A stretch of 64,000 bases of DNA from Candidatus Omnitrophota bacterium (GCA_043826565.1 JBDRPX010000004.1:10232-74231), one strand, 5' to 3'; counted from the stretch's first letter, positions 27,819 to 38,834 are shown. Numbers and translations: made by a program. Notes: generated by a model not told the origin, from the sequence alone.

Positions 27819-29450
27819 ATGAAAAAAAAATTACCGCTTTTTGCGGTATTTTTTTTAGCGGCAATAATATTCGGCGGATGTTCCGCGGATAAAAAAGAAG
27901 CGGTTTTTAATGAAGAAGAAAATTCTATTCCCGCTTATGGGGATATAATTGTCGAGGCCGGGATAGGCGATGCCCGAACTCTGGTTCCGATACTTGCCTC
28001 AGATAGTGCTTCCGGAAAGATCTGCGGGCTTATTTTTAATGGATTGGTCAAATACGATAAAGACCTTAATCTGGTTGGAGAGCTGGCCCAGAGCTGGGAT
28101 ATCCAGGAGGATGGACTGGTTATTGTCTTTCATTTACGAAAAGACGTTAAATGGCATGACGGCCGTTTGTTTACTGCTGCTGATGTTGAATTTACTTATA
28201 AAAAACTTATCGATCCGAATGTTCGGACTCCCTATAGCGGTGATTTTGTAAAGGTCAAGAATTTTGAAGTTATCGATGATTATACAGTAAAAATTACATA
28301 TGACGAACCGTTTTGTCCCGGCTTGGCCAGCTGGGGAATGAGTATAATGCCGCAGCATATCCTGGGAAAAGAGGATTTAAATAATACTGCTTTTTCGCGT
28401 AATCCTATCGGCACTGGCCCCTATAAGTTTAAAAAATGGAAAACGCAGGAACTTATTGAGTTGGAATCCAATCATGATTATTATGAGGGACGCCCTTATA
28501 TTGACCGTTTTATTTTGCGTATTATTCCTGATCCTTCAACCATGTTTTTAGAATTACAGAATCGCACTATTGATTATATGGGTCTTACCAGTCTGCAGTA
28601 TGTCCGGCAGACGCAAACCAAATTTTTTGAACGTTTCTATCATAAATTCAGATATCAGGGATTCTTTTTTACTTATCTGGGTTATAACTTATCTGATCCC
28701 AAGTTTAAAGATATCCGGGTGCGTAAGGCAATTAATTATGCTGTAAATAAGCAGGAGATCATCCAGGGAGTATTGCTGGGTGTGGGGACAGAATGTACCG
28801 GCCCGTTTGCCCCGCGTTCCTGGGCATATAACCGGGGAGTTAATGCGGTTGAGTATGATTTGGTGAAGGCCAAAGAACTTCTAGGGCAAGCCGGCTGGCA
28901 GATTGATAAAGACGGGATATTAAAGAAAGATGGTCAAATCTTTAAATTCACGATTATTACCAATCAGGGGAATGACGAAAGAAAGCGTGCCGCGGAAATT
29001 ATTCAGAAGCGGTTAAGTAAACTTGGGATGAAGGTCAAGATAAAAATACTGGAATGGAGTTCTTTTATTAATGAATGTATAAATAAGCGTAATTTTGAGA
29101 CAGTTCTTCTGGGGTGGTCTTTGTCCATGGATCCGGATTTGTATGATATTTGGCATTCCAGTAAAATAAAAGAGGGTGAGTTTAATTTTATCGGCTACAA
29201 GAATGAAGAGGTAGATAAGCTTTTAGAACAGGGGCGCAGGATATTTGATCAGGAAAAGAGAAAACAATTGTATAATAGAGTTCATGAAATAATATATGAT
29301 GAACAGCCGTATCTTTTTCTCTATACTCCGGACAGCTTACCGGTTTTAAGCAGCCGTTTCCAGGGAATAAAAGTAGCTCCGCTAGGTATTGGATATAATT
29401 TTATTAAATGGTATGTACCGAAATCAAGGCAGAAATATATTCTGCCTTAA
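27819..29450 (+). CDS. ABC transporter substrate-binding lipoprotein, family 5 (peptide/nickel type)
   Basis: Lipobox FGGCSAD, with length and conserved blocks of SBP_bac_5 (OppA/DppA/NikA-like). Confidence 0.75.
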   Translation: MKKKLPLFAVFFLAAIIFGGCSADKKEAVFNEEENSIPAYGDIIVEAGIGDARTLVPILASDSASGKICGLIFNGLVKYDKDLNLVGELAQSWDIQEDGLVIVFHLRKDVKWHDGRLFTAADVEFTYKKLIDPNVRTPYSGDFVKVKNFEVIDDYTVKITYDEPFCPGLASWGMSIMPQHILGKEDLNNTAFSRNPIGTGPYKFKKWKTQELIELESNHDYYEGRPYIDRFILRIIPDPSTMFLELQNRTIDYMGLTSLQYVRQTQTKFFERFYHKFRYQGFFFTYLGYNLSDPKFKDIRVRKAINYAVNKQEIIQGVLLGVGTECTGPFAPRSWAYNRGVNAVEYDLVKAKELLGQAGWQIDKDGILKKDGQIFKFTIITNQGNDERKRAAEIIQKRLSKLGMKVKIKILEWSSFINECINKRNFETVLLGWSLSMDPDLYDIWHSSKIKEGEFNFIGYKNEEVDKLLEQGRRIFDQEKRKQLYNRVHEIIYDEQPYLFLYTPDSLPVLSSRFQGIKVAPLGIGYNFIKWYVPKSRQKYILP

Positions 29451-29617
29451 AAAATTCAAAATTCAAAGGGCAAAACTCAAAACTGCAAGTCAAAACTAAA
29501 AAGTAGAAAATGAAAATCATTGTTTTAACTTTTGATTTTTGAATTGTATTTTTGACTTTTGAATTTTAAGTTTTGACTTATAAATTTCACCATATTGTTG
29601 TTAAAAGATTGGATAAA
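29451..29617. repeat. intergenic quasi-palindrome of TCAAAA(C/T)-type units and their complement
   Basis: aaaattcaaaattcaaagggcaaaactcaaaactgcaagtcaaaact ... ttttgatttttgaattgtatttttgacttttgaattttaagttttgac. Confidence 0.65.
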
Positions 29618-30394
29618 ATGATAAGAATACTTTATCTATTCAGCTTAATCTTTATATTAACTGGCTGCGCCCAGCGGTATTACAATGTGGCGACACATGA
29701 GGAAGAGATCTATTTTTACTCGACGGAAAAAGAAGTTAAAATCGGAAAATCATTTTCTCAACAGGTTGAAAAAAATTTTGATGTAGAGCCGGACGCATTG
29801 ATTCAGAAACGGATTACGGAAATCGGCAAAAAAATAGCGCAAGTGTGTGACCGGAAGGAAATAGATTACTATTTTAAAGTTTTGGATGAAAAAGATGAAA
29901 ATGCTTTTGCTTTACCCGGAGGCTATGTATATCTTTTAAAAGGGCTCTGGGATAAAGTCGAAGAAAGTGACGATTTAATCGCGGCTGTTTTGGCTCATGA
30001 AATCGGACATATTTGTGCCCGCCATAGTATTAAACGCACACAGCAGAGTATGGGTTATAATGCTCTGAGCATCCTGGTTGCCGGAGGAATGAATAATGCG
30101 TATGCCCGGAATAAAGCTTTGGTGGGGATAAACGAGCTGCTTTTATCATATTCCCGGGAAGATGAATTGCAGGCGGACAGGCTTTCTGCGGACTATTTAA
30201 AAAAAGCCGGGTATGATCCGCAGGCTATTATTAAGGTTCTGCAGTTATTACAAAAAATTCAGCGGGAAAAACCAGTACATTTTGCGTATGTACAGACGCA
30301 TCCGTATATAACAGAGCGCATGCGTGCGGTACGCGAGTTAATAAACAATGGAAATATTGGGTTTGATGATTATATTAACACAATCAAGGAATAG
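29618..30394 (+). CDS. M48-family zinc metallopeptidase lipoprotein
   Basis: Lipobox LTGCAQ, the HEIGH (HExxH) motif, and a downstream Glu, all typical of M48. Confidence 0.7.
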   Translation: MIRILYLFSLIFILTGCAQRYYNVATHEEEIYFYSTEKEVKIGKSFSQQVEKNFDVEPDALIQKRITEIGKKIAQVCDRKEIDYYFKVLDEKDENAFALPGGYVYLLKGLWDKVEESDDLIAAVLAHEIGHICARHSIKRTQQSMGYNALSILVAGGMNNAYARNKALVGINELLLSYSREDELQADRLSADYLKKAGYDPQAIIKVLQLLQKIQREKPVHFAYVQTHPYITERMRAVRELINNGNIGFDDYINTIKE

Positions 30395-30415
30395 TTAGAT
30401 CCTCAAGGAGAAATT

Positions 30416-31084
30416 ATGGATGAAATTATCAAAATGAAGGTTGACCGGGAAGAGCCCTGGAGAATTTTCCGGATTCTGGCGGAATTTGTCGATGGATTTG
30501 AAACCCTGTCTAAAATTGGGCCGGCGGTTTCAATCTTCGGTTCCGCGCGAAAAATGAAAAAAGATGAAAAGTATTATAAAACCGCGGAGAAAATTGCCTA
30601 TTTACTTTCTAAAAGAGGATTTTCTATTATTACCGGAGGAGGCCCGGGAATTATGGAAGCGGCAAATAAGGGAGCAAAAGAAGCCGGAGGTGTTTCCGTG
30701 GGGTTAAATATCCAGATCCCTACAGAGCAGAAGCCAAACAGATTTATTACTAAACTTGTAGAATTCCGTTATTTTTTCTGCCGCAAGGTAATGTTTGTTA
30801 AATATGCCTCGGCGTTTATAATTTTACCGGGTGGATTTGGTACGCTTGATGAATTCTTTGAATCCATTACCTTGATCCAAACCGGAAGAAGTGAACCTTT
30901 CCCGGTAATTCTCGTCGGTAAAAAGTACTGGCAGGGATTGGTGAAATGGCTTAATACAACTGTACTCCATGCCGGCAGTGTGCAAAAAAAGGATTTGAAT
31001 ATTTTTGAAATGGTAGATACTCCCGAAGAAGTGATGCGGATTATCGAGAAGTTCAATGAAAAGTCGCAAATACTGAAGGATTAG
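30416..31084 (+). CDS. LOG-family (TIGR00730-type) nucleotide-binding protein / cytokinin riboside 5'-monophosphate phosphoribohydrolase-like
   Basis: SIFGSAR and GGGPGIMEA motifs, plus PGGFGTLDE. Confidence 0.75.
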   Translation: MDEIIKMKVDREEPWRIFRILAEFVDGFETLSKIGPAVSIFGSARKMKKDEKYYKTAEKIAYLLSKRGFSIITGGGPGIMEAANKGAKEAGGVSVGLNIQIPTEQKPNRFITKLVEFRYFFCRKVMFVKYASAFIILPGGFGTLDEFFESITLIQTGRSEPFPVILVGKKYWQGLVKWLNTTVLHAGSVQKKDLNIFEMVDTPEEVMRIIEKFNEKSQILKD

Positions 31085-31199
31085 TAAAAAAGCAACTTTT
31101 TTATGTAAGTACTGTAATTTCTTGATTATAAGTATTAAATTTGATACAATCTGAAGATAGGGAAGTTCTGTCTGCCAACTAATAACAAGGAAGTTATGT

Positions 31200-33128
31200 A
31201 TGGGACAATATGAACTAAATCTAAGAGATTATATTCGGATATTTCGTAAACGCCGGCCAATCATTTTTCTTACCTTTATCATTATTACTCTTATCAGTGC
31301 TTTGTTTTCGGTAAAACAGGTCTCTACATATGTAGCTGTTACCACAGTTAAAATAGAAGAGCATAAAACTGTTGCCGGATTGCTTACCGAATGGATAGTA
31401 TATCAGCCGGGAGATATTATGGAATCGGAAACCAAGATTGTCAAAGGCTATCCGGTGATGAAAAAAGCAGCGATGCATCTGGGGCTGATTGACCAGGAGT
31501 CAACTGAAGATCAAACGAATCTTGTGGTCAGCACTTTACAGGACAAAATAGAGGCGGAACGCATCGCGAACACAAATATAATCCGGATTGTTGCGACTGC
31601 TGAGAATAGCCAGGAAGCTATAGAAATTGCGACGGCGGTAGCTCAGGAATATAAAGCTTATAATCTGGAGGAAAGACGCAGCCAGGCCAGCAGTGCCCGT
31701 AAATTTATTGAGGAGCAATTGCTTTCTCTGGAGAAGCGTTTAAGAGAAAAAGAGGAAGTGCTTAAAAAATTTGCCGAACAGTATGGAGGAGCAGCGCTTA
31801 ATGAGCCTTTCCAGAAAAAACTGGCAGAGTTGGAATTTGAACTTAATAAGTTAAAGCAAAAATATACGGAAAAACATCCAAATGTTATTCAGGTACAGGA
31901 ACAGATCGCCGCGCTTAAAGAGAATAGTAAGCAATTTGCCGGAGAGGATTTGAAAATTGCGCGGATTGCCCGGGATGTAGAATCGGATAAAAAGCTTTTT
32001 TCTATGCTTAAAGAAAAGTTGGAAGAAGCCCGGATAAATGAATCGCAAAAAGTCAGCGCGGTTTCCATTGTTGACCCCGCGGTAACCGCGGAAAAGAAAA
32101 TAATCGGACCGAATAAAATCGTCGGATTATTAGTCGGTGGATTTCTCGGGCTTATTTTAGGGTTTGCCTTGGCTTTAGTGCTGGAAAATCTGGATACTTC
32201 TATCGGGACAATTGAAGATGTCGAGCGCATAGCTGACGTACCGGTATTAGGAGTTATTCCGTCGGTATTACTGGAAGGCTCGGAACGAAAAAAAAGAGGT
32301 GTTTTTAGGAATTTTAAAAATAAATTAATGAACCGGGAGACGGAAGAGGTTGACGAAAAATCTATTCGCATGATTCTTCACTATAACCCGACTTCTCCGA
32401 TAGCGGAAGCTTTTCGTAATGTGCATACAAACCTTAAACTTACCCGGGAAAAGAAAACAATTCTCGTTACCAGTGCCGGCCCGCGGGAAGGCAAAAGCAC
32501 CACTGTGACGAATTTGGCGCTTGCCGTAGCTCAGGCGGGGATGAAGGTGCTTATTGTTTCCACAGATATCCGCCGGCCGGTAATCGGCAAGACATTTGGT
32601 ATAGATAAAGAACCGGGATTAACCGATGTTCTGCTGGGGATGATTTCCTTAGATGATGCCGTAAAAAATGTTACGGATTTTATGCTCGGAGATATGAGCT
32701 TTGAAGATATTCAGCAAACTCCGGGGTTGGATAATCTTTGGGTCCTTACCAGCGGCAAATTGCAGTTTAACCCGGCGAAATTATTGGAATCAAAAGAGTT
32801 TACCGACAGTGTTGAGGCAATGAAAGAAAGATTTGATGTTATCTTCTTCGATTCTCCTCCGGTATTACCGGTTACCGATTCCAGCCTTATTGCTAAAAAG
32901 ATGGATTGTGTGATTATGGTCTATGAAATCGGCAGGACCAGCCGGGAAGCTTTACTGCGCGCGAAAAATCAGCTTGATTCTGTCGGAGCCAATATCGCCG
33001 GTATTGTGCTTAATCAGACCAGACAGGAAATCGAAGCGGATGTTATTCAGCCCTACTATTATAAATATAAATATTACAAGTCTACTGAGGAAGAGGCAGC
33101 TGAAAAAAAAGGGGTCATTCTTAATTAA
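31200..33128 (+). CDS. polysaccharide co-polymerase/BY-kinase fusion (Wzc-like tyrosine autokinase)
   Basis: N-terminal Wzz-like domain with two TMs and a coiled coil. C-terminal Walker A (SAGPREGKST) and a terminal Tyr cluster (YYYKYKYYK). Confidence 0.8.
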   Translation: MGQYELNLRDYIRIFRKRRPIIFLTFIIITLISALFSVKQVSTYVAVTTVKIEEHKTVAGLLTEWIVYQPGDIMESETKIVKGYPVMKKAAMHLGLIDQESTEDQTNLVVSTLQDKIEAERIANTNIIRIVATAENSQEAIEIATAVAQEYKAYNLEERRSQASSARKFIEEQLLSLEKRLREKEEVLKKFAEQYGGAALNEPFQKKLAELEFELNKLKQKYTEKHPNVIQVQEQIAALKENSKQFAGEDLKIARIARDVESDKKLFSMLKEKLEEARINESQKVSAVSIVDPAVTAEKKIIGPNKIVGLLVGGFLGLILGFALALVLENLDTSIGTIEDVERIADVPVLGVIPSVLLEGSERKKRGVFRNFKNKLMNRETEEVDEKSIRMILHYNPTSPIAEAFRNVHTNLKLTREKKTILVTSAGPREGKSTTVTNLALAVAQAGMKVLIVSTDIRRPVIGKTFGIDKEPGLTDVLLGMISLDDAVKNVTDFMLGDMSFEDIQQTPGLDNLWVLTSGKLQFNPAKLLESKEFTDSVEAMKERFDVIFFDSPPVLPVTDSSLIAKKMDCVIMVYEIGRTSREALLRAKNQLDSVGANIAGIVLNQTRQEIEADVIQPYYYKYKYYKSTEEEAAEKKGVILN

Positions 33129-33395
33129 TGTGAACGATTTTCTATAACTTAATGATTACTAAATTGTTAGGCTAAATTTAAGAATGTCCCTGATTACAAT
33201 GATTAAAAAATTGATTACACCGATTGGACAAGTTGTCTTAAAAACCAGTTTTTCTTCTCGAGAGTTAAATATATTAATATCTGTGTAATCTTTTGAAAAT
33301 CTGTGAAATCAGGTTCTTTCAAGTTCACAAAAAATAAGAAAGAACCAAAAAAAGAATCATTGGCGCGTCGTTAGTTCTCTATAAATTTTCGAAGA

Positions 33396-34778
33396 TTGTT
33401 TAATAAAATGCTTAAAAATAATGGATATGCTAAGTTTGGTATTATTGTTACTCTTCTTCTTGTCGGCTTGGTAAGTATTTTATCTGTTTTCTATCCGGCA
33501 TCTTCAATGATGCCTTTATTTTTAATCCTTATCCCGGTAATTTTTATCATCGCGTTTACAAATACTGATTTTGCTTTAATTGTGCTTATCTTTGCCATGC
33601 TTTTATCTCCGGAAATTGGTTTAGGCGGAGGTATCCCCGGGCGTAATGTCGTGATACGTTTAGATGATATTTTTTTATTTATTATATTTTTCGGCTGGCT
33701 GGCAAAGATGGCGGTAAATAAAGAAGTGGGATTATTAAGAGTCACATTTTTAAACAAGCCGATTATTTTTTATGTTTTTATCTGTATAGTATCTTCCTGT
33801 TTAGGAGCGTTGCGCGGAACGACTAATCCGGTGCATACTATTTTTTATATTTTAAAATATATAGAATATTTTATCGTCTTTTTTATGGTTAGTAATAATA
33901 TTAAAGATAAAAACCAGGTAAAACTATTTACGGATTTAATACTATTAACTTGTGTTATTGTCTGTATCTACGGTTCTTATCTCTCCCTGATAAAGGGGGT
34001 ACGGGCGACCGCGCCGTTTGAAGGTATTGGAGAAGCAAATACTTTAGCCGGATATCTAATTGTTATGGGCGGTCTTGTACTGGGATTGTTTGTTTACGCG
34101 TCGGCTTCTTTTCGTAAACGATTCCTGCTGGCTGGTTTGTTTTCTCTGGTCCTATTTACCTTAATTTATACTCTTTCCCGAAGCGGATGGGTAGGATTTG
34201 GTTTTATGCTTGTATCTTTTACGTTTTTTTCTAAACGAAGTAGAATTTTTATGATTTTTGCGATTGTCTGCGGGGTGTTAATCCTGCCTCTGGTCTTGCC
34301 CCAGAGAGTTTATAAACGGGTAGATGCGACCTTTAAAGGGTATAAACAATACAGGATATTTGGTAAGTTAGTAACGCTTGATGAGTCTACGGGAGCGAGG
34401 ATAAGATCTTTTGAGTATTCTGTAAAACAATGGCTGAAAAATCCGATACTTGGGCAAGGAGTGCCCGGAGCTGATGTTTCCGATGTGCAGTATGGACGCA
34501 TCTTAAGAGAAGTCGGGATTGTGGGGTTTTTGTCATTTGTCTGGATTATCTGGATGGTTTTTAAAACCGGACTGAGGAGCTACTTTTATTCTAATATGGA
34601 TGGTTTTGGCAGAGGATTAAGCGTCGGTCTTATTAGCGCCTTAGTGGGTTTGCTGATAATGGGATTAGGCGCGGAATTTTTTATTATTATTAGAATCATG
34701 GAACCGTTTTGGTTTTTAGCGGCGATTGTTTCCGTGCTTCCGGAGACAAATCTTGTTGTAGAAACAAGTCCTGCTTAA
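33396..34778 (+). CDS. O-antigen ligase/Wzy-like polytopic membrane protein
   Basis: About 10 TMs and the Wzy_C-type motif YTLSRSGWVGFG. Confidence 0.6.
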   Translation: MFNKMLKNNGYAKFGIIVTLLLVGLVSILSVFYPASSMMPLFLILIPVIFIIAFTNTDFALIVLIFAMLLSPEIGLGGGIPGRNVVIRLDDIFLFIIFFGWLAKMAVNKEVGLLRVTFLNKPIIFYVFICIVSSCLGALRGTTNPVHTIFYILKYIEYFIVFFMVSNNIKDKNQVKLFTDLILLTCVIVCIYGSYLSLIKGVRATAPFEGIGEANTLAGYLIVMGGLVLGLFVYASASFRKRFLLAGLFSLVLFTLIYTLSRSGWVGFGFMLVSFTFFSKRSRIFMIFAIVCGVLILPLVLPQRVYKRVDATFKGYKQYRIFGKLVTLDESTGARIRSFEYSVKQWLKNPILGQGVPGADVSDVQYGRILREVGIVGFLSFVWIIWMVFKTGLRSYFYSNMDGFGRGLSVGLISALVGLLIMGLGAEFFIIIRIMEPFWFLAAIVSVLPETNLVVETSPA

Positions 34779-34812
34779 GCAGGATATCATAGATAAACAA
34801 AAAGGTGGCGTT

Positions 34813-36693
34813 ATGAGCGGGATTTGCGGATTTATAAGCAATCGACAGACGGTAGACATCAACTTGTTAGAACGTATGGCTGCTTCTATGTGCTATGTTA
34901 AAGAAGATAAAACAGATAAATGGCAGTTTGACTTATTAGGCCTTTGCCGGGTGCATCACGGGCTGATTAATCAACAAACGCAGCCAATATTTAATGAAGA
35001 CAAAAATTTGTTGATTGTCATGGCCGGGGAAGTTTTTGATTATGAGGTTGAAAAGGAAAATTTAATTAAAAAAGGCCATAAATTTATTTTTGAGGATAAT
35101 GACGCGGAATATTGTCTGCATTTGTATGAAGATAAAGGCACTGAATGTTTTAAGGAATTAAACGGTTCTTTTGCTATCGCCATTTATAATTTAAAAACTA
35201 AAGAGTTGTTATTAGTCAATGACCGGCTTTCAACTTACCCTGTGTTTTATTATTCTGGAGAAAAACTCATTTTTGGCACACAGCTGTCTTCCTTGATGCA
35301 GCATTCTGATTTAGCGCGTGAATTAGATATACGTTCCTTTTTTGAATTTTTTAGTTTTGAGAAAATATTAGGGGATAAAACATTTTATAAAAATGTAAAA
35401 ACACTTCCTCCTGCCTCGGTTTTAATTTACTCAGAAAATAAAGTAGAGAGTAAAGCTTATTGGCAAAGAAAGTATACAAATAGTAATTATCCGGAAAAGT
35501 ATTATGTAGATAAATTAGCTTGCGGCTTAAAAAAATCAATAGAACGCAGAATGCGTGGTCATTATCGTTTCGGACTTCTTTTAAGCGGGGGCTTAGATTC
35601 AAGGGTAATCGCGTCTCTTAGCAATAAAAAAATGACTGCTTTTACAGTAGGAGAGTCGGCTGATCAACAGCAGGTTAAGGTCTCTAAAATGATTGCCGAT
35701 ACCTTTGGATATGAGCATGTTTTTCTTAAGCGTGAGTCAGATCACTATGCGAATCTCGCAGATAAGGCGGTGGAAATCGGCAGTGGAATGTCTTTGTTTG
35801 TAAACGCGCATAATCTTGGATTTTTCCCGATCATAGAGAAGAAATGTGATATTTTGCTGCATGGCTATCTTTGTGATACTTTATTTAAAGGCTGGAAAAT
35901 ACCGACAAGAACAATAAATATCCTAGGGAAAAAGATTAGTAATCCATTTCAGGCCTGTTCTTTTGATAGAGGGGTAATATTAAAAAATAGTTTATATTCA
36001 AAAAATCCGGCACAGCTTTTTATGCCGGAATACGCGCAGGAGTTTGAGGAAAGCATAAAGAAATCTCTGGATAATTTTTTTGCTCAGACAGAGAAAAACG
36101 GAGTTCAGGAATCACATAAAGAATATGAATATTTTGCTTTTCCTTCAGCGCTTAAACATATTGATTGTTTATATATTCTGCATAATCAGGCATGTTTTTG
36201 TGAACGGACGGTGTTGCTGGATAATGATCTTTTGGAGTTATATCTGGAAACTCCGGTTCGCCTAAGATTAAATGGTAGGTTGTTTAAAAAAGTGATTAAA
36301 AAAATTTGCCGCAAAATATCATTTATTCCGGATGCTAATACCGGCCTGTCAATTATGAGCGGGGGGATTTTAGAATGGATAGTTTTAAAGTCTAAAATGG
36401 TTTTAGATAAAATATCAGCAGGCAAAAAAAGAAAAGAGAAGCCCTCACCGCAGATGTGTAATCCTGATTCCTGGCCAAATTATTCAGAGTTAATCAGGCA
36501 TAATCAGAGATTAAAGCAGCAAATAAGCGATATTATCGAAGATCCACAGGCGCTTGATCCGTCAATTTTTAATATTTCTCGAATAAAAGAAATGTTTATA
36601 GAACATATGGAGCGAAAAAATAACCATACGATGTTTTTATTATTATTGCTTACTTTTGGAAAATGGAATAAAAAATTTCCGAGAAAAATTTAA
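34813..36693 (+). CDS. asparagine synthase (glutamine-hydrolysing) family amidotransferase
   Basis: N-terminal nucleophile MSGICGF, the PP-loop SGGLDSR, and ~626 aa length. Its EPS-locus context suggests sugar or peptide amidation rather than housekeeping AsnB. Confidence 0.8.
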   Translation: MSGICGFISNRQTVDINLLERMAASMCYVKEDKTDKWQFDLLGLCRVHHGLINQQTQPIFNEDKNLLIVMAGEVFDYEVEKENLIKKGHKFIFEDNDAEYCLHLYEDKGTECFKELNGSFAIAIYNLKTKELLLVNDRLSTYPVFYYSGEKLIFGTQLSSLMQHSDLARELDIRSFFEFFSFEKILGDKTFYKNVKTLPPASVLIYSENKVESKAYWQRKYTNSNYPEKYYVDKLACGLKKSIERRMRGHYRFGLLLSGGLDSRVIASLSNKKMTAFTVGESADQQQVKVSKMIADTFGYEHVFLKRESDHYANLADKAVEIGSGMSLFVNAHNLGFFPIIEKKCDILLHGYLCDTLFKGWKIPTRTINILGKKISNPFQACSFDRGVILKNSLYSKNPAQLFMPEYAQEFEESIKKSLDNFFAQTEKNGVQESHKEYEYFAFPSALKHIDCLYILHNQACFCERTVLLDNDLLELYLETPVRLRLNGRLFKKVIKKICRKISFIPDANTGLSIMSGGILEWIVLKSKMVLDKISAGKKRKEKPSPQMCNPDSWPNYSELIRHNQRLKQQISDIIEDPQALDPSIFNISRIKEMFIEHMERKNNHTMFLLLLLTFGKWNKKFPRKI

Positions 36694-36697
36694 TTAC

Positions 36698-38161
36698 ATG
36701 AAAAATGAAGATAGTTTAAAGCAGAATATGGTTTCCGGGGTGAAATGGACCGCGGTTTCTCAGGTAGCCAGACAGATATTGCAGTTTGTTTTTTTGGCAA
36801 TTTTAGCCAGGTTGTTGTCTTTAGAGGATTTTGGCGTAATTGCTATTGCGATAATTTTTTTGGAATTCGGCATGATGCTCAGAGACTTAGGGTTTGGCTC
36901 GGCGATAATTCAAAAAAAAGATATTCACCAGGAGCATCTTTCAACGACTTTTTCGGTATGTGTTATTGCGGGGACAGTTATGTTTATAATATTAAATATG
37001 ACCGCTCCGTTAATCGCCGGATTTTTTAGCCGGGAAAACTTACGTTTTATTATTCCGGTTTTAGCTCTGCGTTTTGTATTATATTCTTTAAGTGTTGTGC
37101 ATGAGTCTATGCTTATCAAGCAGATGCAGTTTAAAAAACTGGCGATTATTGAAATCGGAGAGACAATTACTTATGGAACGATAGCGATTACCTTAGCCTT
37201 AAACGGCTGGGGAATCTGGGCGCTTGTTTGTGGATATTTGATCAGCGGTTTTGTGCGATTTATTTTATCCTGGAGTGTTTACCGATGGGATATTGAATTG
37301 AGCGTAAATATTAAAGCCTTAAAAGAGATCATTGGGTTTGCCGGGAATATGGTCGGGTTTAAAGTAGTTAATTATACTAATGCCAATTTTGACCGGTTTT
37401 TAATCGGACGGTTTTTACCTTCAGCAAGTTTGGGATTGTATTCTATGGCTTATAATCTGGCGGTTTTTCCTTCTCAGCAGACTGCGACAATGATTTCCCG
37501 GATCGGGTTTGCCGCATTTTCTAAGATCCAGGATGAGCGGGAGAGGATAAAGGAAGGATATTTGAAGATGGTGGGCTATGTTTCCACGGTCACTTTTCCT
37601 TTACTATTTGGATTATTTGTCTTGGCCCGATATTTTGTACTTACAGTGTATTCAAGTAAATGGCTGGAGATGGTCATCCCGCTTAGAATTTTATGTATTG
37701 CCGGCGTAATGCTTTCGATGACCGCATTTGGAGGTATTATTATCCTTGCTGTAGGGCGTGCCGATAAATTGCTTAAACTTTCGTCAATAGGACTCGTATT
37801 AAAAGCCGGCTTACTTTTATATGGAGTGCAGTATGGTTTATCCGGAGTTGCCCTAATGATTGTTGTTTACGCGGTGGCAATTAATCTGCTTATGCAGATG
37901 ATGATCCGGGAACTTGTAAATTTAAAGATGAGGAAGTATTTTTATGCCTTATTGCCGGCATTCATAAGTTCATGGGCTATGGCCGGGGGGTTGTGGGGGA
38001 TTGTAAGTGTGTATCCGGATAAGATGTTCTTGCATACGATTCCCGGAATCATAAGCCTGGTGGGCATGGGCGTGATTATTTATTTAGGGGTTGGTTTTAT
38101 GATTAACCGTAAAATATTAAAAGAGTTACTGCATATGCTCAAAGGAGCGTTTATTAAATGA
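36698..38161 (+). CDS. Wzx-like polysaccharide flippase (MOP superfamily)
   Basis: About 12-14 TMs and a Polysacc_synt-like profile. Confidence 0.7.
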   Translation: MKNEDSLKQNMVSGVKWTAVSQVARQILQFVFLAILARLLSLEDFGVIAIAIIFLEFGMMLRDLGFGSAIIQKKDIHQEHLSTTFSVCVIAGTVMFIILNMTAPLIAGFFSRENLRFIIPVLALRFVLYSLSVVHESMLIKQMQFKKLAIIEIGETITYGTIAITLALNGWGIWALVCGYLISGFVRFILSWSVYRWDIELSVNIKALKEIIGFAGNMVGFKVVNYTNANFDRFLIGRFLPSASLGLYSMAYNLAVFPSQQTATMISRIGFAAFSKIQDERERIKEGYLKMVGYVSTVTFPLLFGLFVLARYFVLTVYSSKWLEMVIPLRILCIAGVMLSMTAFGGIIILAVGRADKLLKLSSIGLVLKAGLLLYGVQYGLSGVALMIVVYAVAINLLMQMMIRELVNLKMRKYFYALLPAFISSWAMAGGLWGIVSVYPDKMFLHTIPGIISLVGMGVIIYLGVGFMINRKILKELLHMLKGAFIK

Positions 38162-38808
38162 AAAAAATATATAAGGTAATAGTCAGAATCTTAAAAGCAA
38201 TTGATCGGAGCTCAGGATATAAATTAGGTAGTTTTATTAGAAAGAAAACTAATGTGAACACAATTGATTTTTGGAATGAAACCTGGACAAAAAAAGAAGG
38301 AGACGAAGATTTTCGCTATAATTATTTTTTAGAATTTTTGCCTAAAGCCAGAGTTTTTTCTCTTTTGGATATTGGGTGTGCTTCCGGGGAGGGGTGTGTT
38401 CTCATTAAGAAACATTTCCCAAAAGCAGAAATTACTGGTATAGATTTTAGTTCCGTGGCAATTAATATGGCCAATGAGAAAAAATCAGATATTAATTTTA
38501 TCAGAATGGATATTTTAAAAGAAAGTCCAACTCAGAAATATGATTATATTACGATTATCCATACGTTGGAGCATTTTAATGATCCTTTTCAAGTTGTGAA
38601 TAAATGTTTAAACTTTGTAAATGAAGCGTTGATTATTGAAGCTCCTTATACAGAAAAATTTGATGTGCCGTATTTGTATAGAAAAGGCCAGCATAGATAT
38701 CTTTTTAATGAGAAAACTTTTGAAAAATATAAATGTAAAGTTCTTAAAATAACTGAGTATATAGAGTCAGCTAAATATAGATATATTGTGTATCAAATAG
38801 AACCATAA
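38158..38808 (+). CDS. class I SAM-dependent methyltransferase
   Basis: Motif I LLDIGCASGEG. Confidence 0.6.
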   Translation: MKKIYKVIVRILKAIDRSSGYKLGSFIRKKTNVNTIDFWNETWTKKEGDEDFRYNYFLEFLPKARVFSLLDIGCASGEGCVLIKKHFPKAEITGIDFSSVAINMANEKKSDINFIRMDILKESPTQKYDYITIIHTLEHFNDPFQVVNKCLNFVNEALIIEAPYTEKFDVPYLYRKGQHRYLFNEKTFEKYKCKVLKITEYIESAKYRYIVYQIEP

Positions 38809-38834
38809 TATAGGTTTAATAATTAGGGGGAAGT

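Noticed and set aside
34813-36693. Asparagine-synthetase homolog as lasso-peptide cyclase partner of the PqqD gene
   Set aside because: It lies ~19 kb away, inside the glycan locus, and is co-directional and coupled with Wzx and glycosyltransferases. No B2 transglutaminase-like protease was found either.
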